IMG/VR virus record: IMGVR_UViG_3300033416_000030
Span: 1-25,647 of that record
DNA from: a virus
Lineage: Duplodnaviria; Caudoviricetes
DNA length: 25,647 nt
Direction: 5' to 3' (one strand)
The notes beneath the pieces are model-generated. The model did not search any database and was not told where the DNA came from. It was given only the letters and a program-made list of their open reading frames with translations. The translations under genes and the position numbers were made by a program. Each line of letters opens with the position of its first letter. Positions within the stretch are counted from its first letter, which is position 1. Of this stretch, positions 9,709 to 17,655 are shown piece by piece.

Positions 9709-9984
9709 CTATGTCAGGAGGGTGTAGCCCTCCTGCTCGTTGCCCGACTTGAGCGAATACCCAATCTGGTCGCTCCCGCCCGACAACGAATACCCGAGCG
9801 TGCTGCTCGCCCTGAGCGTGTATCCCAAGTTGTCAGAAGGCAGGAGGCTGTATCCGGTCGTGTCCACCGCCACCGCCGTGCCCACAATGTCATAGTAAGT
9901 CCACGATTCCGTCCTGAGCCCCACGTCCCATGTTTGCACCGCCGCAGGAGGAGCCTCGACGAGTCCTACGTCCCATAGGGTCAT
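9709..9984 (-). CDS. Small hypothetical virion protein with WDVGL x2 and GY[ST]L x5 repeats
   Basis: 91 aa, ATGA-coupled to the upstream gene, with internal peptide repeats. Confidence 0.65.
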   Translation of the reverse strand: MTLWDVGLVEAPPAAVQTWDVGLRTESWTYYDIVGTAVAVDTTGYSLLPSDNLGYTLRASSTLGYSLSGGSDQIGYSLKSGNEQEGYTLLT

Positions 9985-11381
9985 GAGGGAATCCCCACCC
10001 TCGCCGTCAACGTCGTGTCCCCTGTCTCAGCGATACATGACAGGTAGATAGCGGTGACCCCCGCGCCCACCGCGAGTGAGGATGCCCATGTGGTGCCGTC
10101 CGTAGACAGAGCGAACCGCCCCGAGTGGACGCCGTCGAAGATGACGCTTCCCGCTACCGGAGTCACCACATACGCCACCGCTGTGACCCGCGTTCCGATG
10201 GGAGGTCTGACGGTGATTGTCGAACCGTACTGTCGCCAGTACGCGTTCTGCACGACGGTGAGCCCCGCGCTCGTGCTGTAGCCCGACGCCGTGAACGCCG
10301 CCGTCGAAGCGAACACCGCCGCCCTGATGTCCCCGAGCAGCGCACCGCTGATTGTGAAGTAGTAGAGTTCGCAATCCTCGTTGTACGCGTCCGGGTGCCG
10401 CTCCACGAATACGCAGATTGCCGAACTGTCAGCCGACTCGCTCACGTACGGATACCCGTAGAAAGAGTAGTCCGCGTCGGGCGTCGGACGCACGAACGAA
10501 TGAGCGAGCGTCCACGCCGTATTCGGGCTCGCCATGACGCCCGTGAACGAACCGGTGAACACCTTGAGCAAATCCCCCAGCGAACTAGCGGACGGGATGG
10601 TGCCGTATCGTCGTTCTCCCCCGAACAGGTACAGCGTCGATGTCTCGTAGTCCGCCATAATCCACGGCGCGCTCATCCAATACGAGGACAGATTCGTAAG
10701 TACTGTTCTCGCACCCCAAGTGGAACCGCCGTCCGTGGAGCGGTAGCACCAATACCCCGGAGAGCCATACACCTCATGTCTGCACACCGCGACCATCGAA
10801 CTCGCGTTCAGATGCACGATTGCAGGTTCGCTAATGTTCCCGTCCGTACTGACGACCTTGCGGTACGCCGAACTGTTGGGCCATGTCACGCCGTCGTCCG
10901 AGAACCAGAGTTCCACCCTGCTCAGGTTGTATGCCGCCGTGTAGTATTTCCCATTCGGGTGCATCCTGAGCGGACCGAACCACACGACCATCGAACCCAT
11001 ATCGAGCAGGCTCCCCGCCGCCCACGTCGCCCCGTCATCGTCCGAATACGTCATCCATGACGACACATGCAGCGACGTGGTCGCGTTGTAGAGCCGGTAG
11101 AAGATGACGATTCGCCCCGATTGCAACCGCCCGCCCGCGATGTTCCGCGTGTCGTATGTTGCATCGTCCGCAACGACCGTGTATGACGCGTTCCATGTGA
11201 CCCCGTCGTCCTCAGACCACGTACATACGACCTTGCCCGCATTGCCCGTGTGCCCGCCCGATGCTCCCGCGTCCAAGCGATACACATACAGCACACGCCC
11301 CGCCCCGAGGCGGATAGGCAGACACTCGCTCTCATGGTCTGCCGTTATGAGCCCGCTCGCGTTAGCGGAGAACGTCGCCAT
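9981..11381 (-). CDS. Asp-box (BNR) beta-propeller, sialidase-like virion protein
   Basis: Asp boxes SEDDGVTW, SDDDGATW, SDDGVTW and STDGGSTW; also DTRN, SEP and YGYP motifs. Confidence 0.75.
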   Translation of the reverse strand: MATFSANASGLITADHESECLPIRLGAGRVLYVYRLDAGASGGHTGNAGKVVCTWSEDDGVTWNASYTVVADDATYDTRNIAGGRLQSGRIVIFYRLYNATTSLHVSSWMTYSDDDGATWAAGSLLDMGSMVVWFGPLRMHPNGKYYTAAYNLSRVELWFSDDGVTWPNSSAYRKVVSTDGNISEPAIVHLNASSMVAVCRHEVYGSPGYWCYRSTDGGSTWGARTVLTNLSSYWMSAPWIMADYETSTLYLFGGERRYGTIPSASSLGDLLKVFTGSFTGVMASPNTAWTLAHSFVRPTPDADYSFYGYPYVSESADSSAICVFVERHPDAYNEDCELYYFTISGALLGDIRAAVFASTAAFTASGYSTSAGLTVVQNAYWRQYGSTITVRPPIGTRVTAVAYVVTPVAGSVIFDGVHSGRFALSTDGTTWASSLAVGAGVTAIYLSCIAETGDTTLTARVGIPS

Positions 11382-11384
11382 GCT

Positions 11385-12707
11385 CTATCCCCAACCGGAC
11401 GAGAGCGCCTCGTACTGCACGTCGTCGAGGCAGAAGTTCATAGCCCACGAAGTCGTCGCGTCCCCGAAGGCGAGTTTCCAGTCCCCCGTACCTCCTCTTG
11501 TGGTGCTCAGTGTCACCCAGTCCATCGTCCACCACAGGTTCCCCGAAGGCCCCACCATGAGCCTCCATCTGTCATTCGCAGGGTCTATCTCCACCTCGAA
11601 CCGGCAGGTGTCTCCGAGGTGGATGGTTCCGGTATGGGGACTGGAACCCGCTGTTGTCCATGCCGATGCTGATGCACCGCTACCGTTGTAATAACGCACG
11701 TCTGAACTATTCCAGTAATAACAGACGACCTGCGCTGACCCGTCCGTCGCGGACGCCGTTATGTTCACGCCGATACACATGTTCGTCCAGTTCACATCCA
11801 ACGCCGATGCGCCTGCTGATGCGTTGGTGAGGTTGAAGTGGGCGACAGCCACTCCCGAGCAGTTCTGCAACGTGATTTCGGTTATGACCTGCCCCGAACT
11901 GTCCGTCTTGATTGGCAGTTTGCCGTGGACGAGCGCTATGTTCGCGCTCGCGGACGTGGTGAGGATAGCCAACGAGCCGCCGCTCGCCGTGACCGTACCG
12001 CCCGCAGACGAGCCCGACGCGCTCGTGATTACCCGCCACTTGTCCGTATCGAGCGTGTCGCATGTGTCCGACCAGAAGTCCGATGCGCTCGCACTCGTCG
12101 TCGCGCTTGCTGTCGCGTAGTTCGCGGAGTCCGTGTACGCGCCCGACCCGTCCGCCTTGATTCGATAGCAGTACGCCGTCCCGCTCGATTGCCCCGTCAT
12201 CGTGTACGACGATGCGGTAGTGGTGAACGTGTTTCCGTACGACGCCGACGCTGAGGTAGACCACTCCACGATGTAGTACGACGCGTTCGCCACATACGCC
12301 CACGATATGACGTTGCCCGACGCCGAGCCCGCCGACGCCGTGAAACTCCCCACGTCACCCACCGCCGCCGTAGCCGACAGCGAGCCCGATGTCGTGAACG
12401 TGCCCGCGCTCGCCTCCGCCACCGTGACCTGTTTGAAGTACACCGGTTTGTTGACGTAGGAGAACAGAGGTGCCGTCGCCGACGCCGACCACGCCGACTC
12501 GTCCCATGACACCTGTACGCCCGACGAGCACACGAATGTGACCGCGCCCGATGCGCCGTACTCCGCCGACGACGAACACCGCATGAACGCCGAGGCGGTC
12601 GTTGACAGCGCCGAAAAGATGATGGGCTGTGTCAGCGCGCCGCTGTTCGAGACCGCCGTCCCGTCCACACCTGCGGTCGTGCCGCCCTCAACGATGCTGA
12701 GTGCCAT
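11385..12707 (-). CDS. Ser/Ala/Thr-rich virion protein with fibronectin type III domain and C-terminal lectin-like beta-sandwich
   Basis: ISWAYVANASYYIVEWS...SYTMTGQSSGTAYCYRIKA is FN3-like; DFWSDTCDTLDTDKW...LDDVQY frames a jelly-roll-like domain. GGAGG RBS. Confidence 0.65.
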   Translation of the reverse strand: MALSIVEGGTTAGVDGTAVSNSGALTQPIIFSALSTTASAFMRCSSSAEYGASGAVTFVCSSGVQVSWDESAWSASATAPLFSYVNKPVYFKQVTVAEASAGTFTTSGSLSATAAVGDVGSFTASAGSASGNVISWAYVANASYYIVEWSTSASASYGNTFTTTASSYTMTGQSSGTAYCYRIKADGSGAYTDSANYATASATTSASASDFWSDTCDTLDTDKWRVITSASGSSAGGTVTASGGSLAILTTSASANIALVHGKLPIKTDSSGQVITEITLQNCSGVAVAHFNLTNASAGASALDVNWTNMCIGVNITASATDGSAQVVCYYWNSSDVRYYNGSGASASAWTTAGSSPHTGTIHLGDTCRFEVEIDPANDRWRLMVGPSGNLWWTMDWVTLSTTRGGTGDWKLAFGDATTSWAMNFCLDDVQYEALSSGWG

Positions 12708-12716
12708 GACTTCCTC

Positions 12717-13061
12717 CTACGCGGGGTCGCCGATTGTGAGCGTCCCCGAATCGACCGTGTAGATGCCGCCACCTGAGCCGTAAACGGTCGGTGTCACATC
12801 ATCCGTGAGGTACTGCATACCGCCTGAGATTGCCGAATAGCCCGCGACCTTCGCGACCGTGAACGACTTGACCGTGAACGACAGCGTCCCCGAGAACGAC
12901 ACCGCTCCCCCCGCCGCCGTTCCCCACACTATCGCCTGCCGCGCATATCCCGAACTCGAACACTCCACGCCCGACGCGTTCAACAGCGCGCAATGGGTCG
13001 TCACGCCCGCCGTAGCCGACGCCTGTACCGTCTTCGCCGCCGTCGTGACCGTGGTTGCCAT
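12717..13061 (-). CDS. Small virion structural (fibre/decoration-associated) protein
   Basis: 114 aa; E..SSGYARQAIVW motif of a kind seen in small phage structural proteins. Confidence 0.6.
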   Translation of the reverse strand: MATTVTTAAKTVQASATAGVTTHCALLNASGVECSSSGYARQAIVWGTAAGGAVSFSGTLSFTVKSFTVAKVAGYSAISGGMQYLTDDVTPTVYGSGGGIYTVDSGTLTIGDPA

Positions 13062-13076
13062 GCCATCGCCCTTCCG

Positions 13077-14840
13077 CTACCAGCGAACGTGCCGCTCTTT
13101 CCCTATCCTGAGCCTTCTGACGAGCACAACGAGGCTTTGTCCGACATTCCTCGGCATGTACGTCCTCTTGGGAATCTGCTTGCCTTCGATTAATCGTCCC
13201 CCGTCATGACGCGTCGGGACGAACTGCTGTTCCAAACGAGGGCGCGTGAGCGACGGCATTTCCAAGGGCTCGGACACCATGAAATCGACCTCGCCGGAGC
13301 GCATCGCCAATGCCGCGTCGTCCACCGACAACACATGCCATTGACCGAGCGCGACCTCGCCGCTCACGATGCCGATGAAAGCATCGTCGATGTCCAATAC
13401 CGCCGCGCCCGGAAGCGACTGGTCGAGCGCGACCTCCTCGCTCGTCACCGGGAGCACCGACGCATCCACCGCGAGCACATGCCGCTGAATGAGCGTGACC
13501 GTTTCCGATTCGAGCCCCAACGCCGAATCGTCCACCGCGACCGCGCCGTGCTGTACGAGCGCGACCTCTTGAGAGGTCATCGGCAATCTGCTCGCCGCGA
13601 TGCCGAGTTCGCCCGTCACCGTGACCTCTAACGTGACCTGCCCCGACGTGAACGGTAGCCGTGACGCATCGAGCGCGAGGACGTGCCTCTGCCCGAGTGC
13701 GACCTCTTCGCTCGTGACCTCTGACGAGGCGTCCCCCACCGAGAGCACATGATGATGCGTGAGCGCGACGTTCTCCGACGCCATGCCCAACGCGCAATCG
13801 TCCACGACGAGCACATGCCGCTGGGAAAGCACGACCTCCTGTGATGTCCACGTGATGTCCGCACCATCCACGCCGATGACGTGGCGCTGAGCGAGAGCGA
13901 CCTCGCCCGACGTAGGTTGCAGGTCTGCCGCACCTATCGCGAGCGTGTGCCGCTGGGCTAGGACGACCTCACCGGACTTCGGGGAGAGGACTGACGCCGC
14001 CACCGCCAGCGTGTGCCTTTGCGCCAGCGCGACCGTGTCGCTCCGCATATGCGCCGACGAATCCGCTACCGCCACGAGGTGTCGTTGTGCGAGAGCGACG
14101 GTGTCGCTTCTCATGTGCGCCGATGAGTCGGCGACTTCCAACGTCAGTTCAACAGACGGCTCGTGCTGGACTAGCGCGACCTCGTCGCTCCTCATGTGTG
14201 CCGAGGAGTCGCCCGCTGCTATGATGTGTCGCTGTGCGAGCGCGACCTCATCCGACCGCGCGTGCGCCGACGAGTCCGCGATTGTGAGCGTGTACCTTTG
14301 TGCGAGCGCGACCTCGCCGCTCGTCATGTGCGCCGAGGAGTTGCCCACGACCAGCGTCTGGTAGAACAGGACTTCCAGATACGCCTGCGTGATTACGATG
14401 GTCGGGTTCGCGTCGTTCGCCTTGAACCCGAAGTTAGCGAGCGCGTTGACCGAGGCAGGCGTCCACGGTATCGACCCGGACGGGTTGCTCGTCCAATCCC
14501 GCTGGAAACTCGCTATGTTCGCCGAACCGTTCGCCAGCACCGCCGAGGCGGAGAGGTATCCCGAGTTGTTTATCCAGAACTGAAGGCTGTTGGTGCTCGT
14601 GCCGTTCTTATACCCGCGCGCGTACATCGAGACTCTGATAGCCGACGCATCGGCAGGTACATCGAACGCCGTGAAGCCGAACGATATTCCCCCCGCCGTC
14701 GTGCCGTGCGTGACGTAATCGCCATGCCCCGACAATGGCGGGGCGTCGTCGAGCACCCCCCAGACCGTCGTCCCCGTGCTGGGAGTCCACGTCTGCGAAC
14801 TCGCCGCGCTACTTGTCGGCGAGCGAGTCTGAGTGCTCAT
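13077..14840 (-). CDS. Fibre-like protein: N-terminal globular domain plus 16 tandem ~22-aa repeats
   Basis: 587 aa; repeats such as TLEVADSSAHMRSDTVALAQRH; basic C-terminal tail. Confidence 0.7.
   Translation of the reverse strand: MSTQTRSPTSSAASSQTWTPSTGTTVWGVLDDAPPLSGHGDYVTHGTTAGGISFGFTAFDVPADASAIRVSMYARGYKNGTSTNSLQFWINNSGYLSASAVLANGSANIASFQRDWTSNPSGSIPWTPASVNALANFGFKANDANPTIVITQAYLEVLFYQTLVVGNSSAHMTSGEVALAQRYTLTIADSSAHARSDEVALAQRHIIAAGDSSAHMRSDEVALVQHEPSVELTLEVADSSAHMRSDTVALAQRHLVAVADSSAHMRSDTVALAQRHTLAVAASVLSPKSGEVVLAQRHTLAIGAADLQPTSGEVALAQRHVIGVDGADITWTSQEVVLSQRHVLVVDDCALGMASENVALTHHHVLSVGDASSEVTSEEVALGQRHVLALDASRLPFTSGQVTLEVTVTGELGIAASRLPMTSQEVALVQHGAVAVDDSALGLESETVTLIQRHVLAVDASVLPVTSEEVALDQSLPGAAVLDIDDAFIGIVSGEVALGQWHVLSVDDAALAMRSGEVDFMVSEPLEMPSLTRPRLEQQFVPTRHDGGRLIEGKQIPKRTYMPRNVGQSLVVLVRRLRIGKERHVRW
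13281..14357 (-). repeat. Coding tandem repeat, ~66-nt unit, 16 degenerate copies
   Basis: Recurring gagcgcgacctc-like core on + strand; 22-aa period in the translation. Confidence 0.9.
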
Positions 14841-14847
14841 ACCCTAT

Positions 14848-15222
14848 TTAGGGAGCGGTCGGCTGCGCGATGCTGATGACCCACGCCGGGAAATCGACCG
14901 TGTTCCCCGCGCCGAGCGGCTGCGACGTTCCCGTCGTCACGAACAACAGCGCACCGTCCGCGCCCGTCGTGAGCGCGACATGATTGAACGTGCCGCTCGT
15001 GTCTACCGTCACGCCCGACGCAGTAGCCGTCGTGACCTTGCGACCCGAACCGTCCGCCGCAATCGTGTAGTCCGCCGACGCTGTCGTGTGCGCCGCGAGT
15101 TTGTTCGCGCTCGCATCTGCAATCGTGTACGCCGATGAGTTCAGCGCCCACATCGCGAGGGCACCGGTCTTGATTGCGCTCAGCCCTCCGTCCAATACCG
15201 TGTCCGCCGCGAATCTCGCCAT
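14848..15222 (-). CDS. Small virion structural protein
   Basis: 124 aa, Ala/Thr/Gly-rich; VLDGGL...SGRKVT...NTVDFPAW; AGGAGA RBS. Confidence 0.6.
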   Translation of the reverse strand: MARFAADTVLDGGLSAIKTGALAMWALNSSAYTIADASANKLAAHTTASADYTIAADGSGRKVTTATASGVTVDTSGTFNHVALTTGADGALLFVTTGTSQPLGAGNTVDFPAWVISIAQPTAP

Positions 15223-15231
15223 GACTCTCTC

Positions 15232-16491
15232 CTAACTTCGAGGTGCGATGACGGCATCGTCGATGCCCAGAACGATGTGCTCCTTCTGCTCCCACACGGG
15301 ATGCTTGAGGTTGCCGTACTCGTCGAACAGATGCTCGGGGCGTCCCTCTGCCACGAGCCCGTCGAACCGGTGCCTGTCCATGCCGAGGTAGTCGAGCAGT
15401 TCGTCGATGTTCTGCGGGTACTCCAAGTCGTACCAGCGCACGAGTTGTACCGCCAAATCGCGGTCGATGACGCCCGCCCTGATGTCCTGCGACGCCGCGA
15501 ACGACGCCCGCCCCAGCCCGGTCTTGTTCACGGCTGTCCAGTAATGCGCGGTGTCGATACCATCGTCGATGCTCGAACCCGTCGTGTAACTCCCGCTCGT
15601 CCGCGTCGGTGACGGGTTGAAGCCCCTCATGCCCGCGTACAGTTCGTTCCCGCGCACGCTCCACGGGACGTAATAGCCGAGGTAATGCACCTGCACCTCC
15701 CCGATGTCCCGCACCGGCATGTACAGGTTCAGGTCAGCCATCGAGAACCCGTATGACTCCCTGAGTTCCTTGAGCGATGCCCCGCCGAACTTCAGCGCCT
15801 CAAGGTTCTCGTACGTGAACACGGCCTTGTTCCGGAGCGATGTCTGCGTGTCCGCGATAGGCCCCGCGCCGTGGTCTGCGAAGTGCTCGCCGTAGAACAC
15901 GAGGTTCACGCCGTGGTCGTTCGCCGCCCTCGGGCCGATGTTCTGCTGCATGATGACCCACGGCTGGAACGGGTGCAGCAACCGCTCGAACGCGAGCCGC
16001 GTGAGCACCTGATGCACCTCGCCGCTCGGCTTGTACGCGACGTTCGGGTACGACTCGCACCACGCTTTGAAGTTCCTGAGCCCCGCCTCCGTGGGGATGG
16101 TGGGCGGTGCCGTCACCGTGAGCGGGTGCATCCCGAACTCGTCTTTGAGGACGTGCGCCTGAAACACGGAGTCCTTGCCGCCCGAGCCGGGGACGATGCA
16201 ATCGAATCGCCCGTCGTCCCGACGATGCGTATCGCACAACTGTTCGAGTTCCTTGTACCGCGCGTCCCAGTCGATGAGCCGCTTCGCGTCGTCTATCCTG
16301 CACGCGTCGCAGAGCCCGTCCTCCCCGATGACGAGCGTATCGACCGTGTTGTGCTCCGGGTCCACCTCGTGTTCCCGCCGTGACTGGGCGCGCTGGTTCG
16401 ACGTGACGCACCGCTTGCAGTACACGACCTCCGTGGGTAGTCCATACCGTCCCGTGCTTCCCGTGCTCTGATGCTTCTGCACTTCTACCAC
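15232..16491 (-). CDS. N-acetyl sugar amidotransferase (WbuX/WbpG/PseA-like, PP-loop ATPase)
   Basis: N-terminal CKRC...CDAC, FDCIVPGSGGKDS PP-loop, GMHPLTVT, FYGE, HYLGYYVPW, SIDD, GLGRA...SQDIRAG.I.R. Confidence 0.9.
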   Translation of the reverse strand: MVEVQKHQSTGSTGRYGLPTEVVYCKRCVTSNQRAQSRREHEVDPEHNTVDTLVIGEDGLCDACRIDDAKRLIDWDARYKELEQLCDTHRRDDGRFDCIVPGSGGKDSVFQAHVLKDEFGMHPLTVTAPPTIPTEAGLRNFKAWCESYPNVAYKPSGEVHQVLTRLAFERLLHPFQPWVIMQQNIGPRAANDHGVNLVFYGEHFADHGAGPIADTQTSLRNKAVFTYENLEALKFGGASLKELRESYGFSMADLNLYMPVRDIGEVQVHYLGYYVPWSVRGNELYAGMRGFNPSPTRTSGSYTTGSSIDDGIDTAHYWTAVNKTGLGRASFAASQDIRAGVIDRDLAVQLVRWYDLEYPQNIDELLDYLGMDRHRFDGLVAEGRPEHLFDEYGNLKHPVWEQKEHIVLGIDDAVIAPRS

Positions 16492-16498
16492 TCCCTAC

Positions 16499-17398
16499 CT
16501 AGTGTACGGCGCACAGGCGAGCCGCCTGCCGCTCCTTGTGTAGCGCCTCGCAATATTCGAGGTCGCTCCTGAGCCCCTCCGCGTCCTTCATCGCGTCCAC
16601 GCGGAGGTAGTACATCGCTGCCTCTATCTGAGCCTCGTTCGGCTCGTCCCGCCACTCCTTGAACAGTTCCGTCATCTGTGTCATCCGTCGCTGCTCCTCC
16701 GGATGCTTGTCGTCCCAATCGCGGAACACGCTCTTGAACTCCGGGTTGTTGATACGCATCATGGGCGGCTCGTGGAGCAGGCTGAACGAGCATCCCGACA
16801 ACACGGAGTAGTACGTGTAACTCCCAATCTCGTTCGACACGACATGCCGCGCGCCCGTCATCGCCAACACCTGACGTTCCAAGAACGCCTGCTGGTTGAC
16901 GTGCCCGAAGCACACCGTCTTGAACGGGAAGTAGTCTGCCGCTCCCCTGTCAACGTCGTTCCAGTACAGCGCGACCGTGACAGGCCGGGGCAAGTCCCTG
17001 CACAAATCCGCGAACGCGCCCCAGTCGTAGTCCATATCGTAGAGATTCGTCGAGTGCTGCGGCATGACGAGCGTACCCCGCCGCTCGCGCGTGTGCGGGT
17101 ACGTCCGCAACGCGTACACGTACGGTGCCGCGCACGGCACGACCTCCTTGTACTGCGACCAGACCGTGTCCCGATGCGCAGGCCAGTTGAGCACCGCCGA
17201 GCAGCCCGGAGCCTGAGCCTCGCCGGGGAAGACGTGGTCGTCCTCGTAGAACACCCCATGCGGGATGACCGCGTGTATCGGCTTGTCCAGCGGATACCCC
17301 GAGAACAGTTTGAGCGTCCTCGCGTTACCGTAATTCGCATTAGGCCAGTAACGCTCGACCTTGTCGTTAGGTATAGGGTTGACGTGCGTGAGCCCCAT
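16499..17398 (-). CDS. Hypothetical protein, putative glycosyltransferase-like (resembles ORFs of polysaccharide loci)
   Basis: 299 aa; NYG, IPHG, APYVY, GTLVMPQHST, VALYWND, FGH...FL and SNEIGSYTYYS motifs suggest a two-Rossmann (GT-B-like) layout. Directly upstream of the amidotransferase. The CDS is secure; the function is inferred. Confidence 0.5.
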   Translation of the reverse strand: MGLTHVNPIPNDKVERYWPNANYGNARTLKLFSGYPLDKPIHAVIPHGVFYEDDHVFPGEAQAPGCSAVLNWPAHRDTVWSQYKEVVPCAAPYVYALRTYPHTRERRGTLVMPQHSTNLYDMDYDWGAFADLCRDLPRPVTVALYWNDVDRGAADYFPFKTVCFGHVNQQAFLERQVLAMTGARHVVSNEIGSYTYYSVLSGCSFSLLHEPPMMRINNPEFKSVFRDWDDKHPEEQRRMTQMTELFKEWRDEPNEAQIEAAMYYLRVDAMKDAEGLRSDLEYCEALHKERQAARLCAVH

Positions 17399-17401
17399 GC
17401 T

Positions 17402-17575
17402 TCACTCCTTGGGCCGGAGGCTCGTCCTCTTCACGACGAGCATCTGGTCGTTCTCTATCGCCTCTGCCTGCTCCTGCGTGACCTCGTACGTCTTCGGCTT
17501 CGGGCCGAACACGAGCCCCGCGCGGTGGAACTCATCCGTGGGGCACGCCTTTATCGTCGATACCGTAATCCTCAT
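17402..17575 (-). CDS. HI1506-like / Mu gp35 N-terminal-like small protein
   Basis: Not in ORF track (57 aa). MRITVSTIKACPTDEFHRAGLVFGPKPKTYEVTQEQAEAIENDQMLVVKRTSLRPKE has the F.RAG..F...Q...I..D.ML.V pattern. GGAGG RBS; follows the capsid gene as in Mu-like phages. Confidence 0.75.
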   Translation of the reverse strand: MRITVSTIKACPTDEFHRAGLVFGPKPKTYEVTQEQAEAIENDQMLVVKRTSLRPKE

Positions 17576-17598
17576 TCCGTCCTACCTCCGTCATGCAA

Positions 17599-17634
17599 AG
17601 CGGGGATGCCTCGCCTCAACGAAGCACCCCCGCT
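17599..17634 (-). terminator. Stem-loop after major capsid gene (weak terminator)
   Basis: AGCGGGGGTGCTTCG / TTGAGG / CGAGGCATCCCCGCT: 15-bp stem with two G-U pairs and only a short T run. Confidence 0.65.
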
Positions 17635-17655
17635 GAGTGCTGGACTTTGTCAGTC

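Noticed and set aside
9981-12707. Diversity-generating retroelement target or invertible tail-fibre cassette
   Set aside because: No reverse transcriptase, invertase, adenine-variant repeat pair or opposite-strand cassette seen.
13281-14357. ~66-nt periodic repeat as a CRISPR array
   Set aside because: In-frame and degenerate at synonymous positions, with no constant repeat plus unique spacer structure and no cas genes.
15232-16491. QueC or tRNA thiolase (DNA/tRNA modification) reading of the PP-loop enzyme
   Set aside because: Length, the N-terminal Cys cluster and the YGE, YVPW and SIDD motifs fit the N-acetyl sugar amidotransferase family; no 7-deazaguanine pathway genes are nearby.
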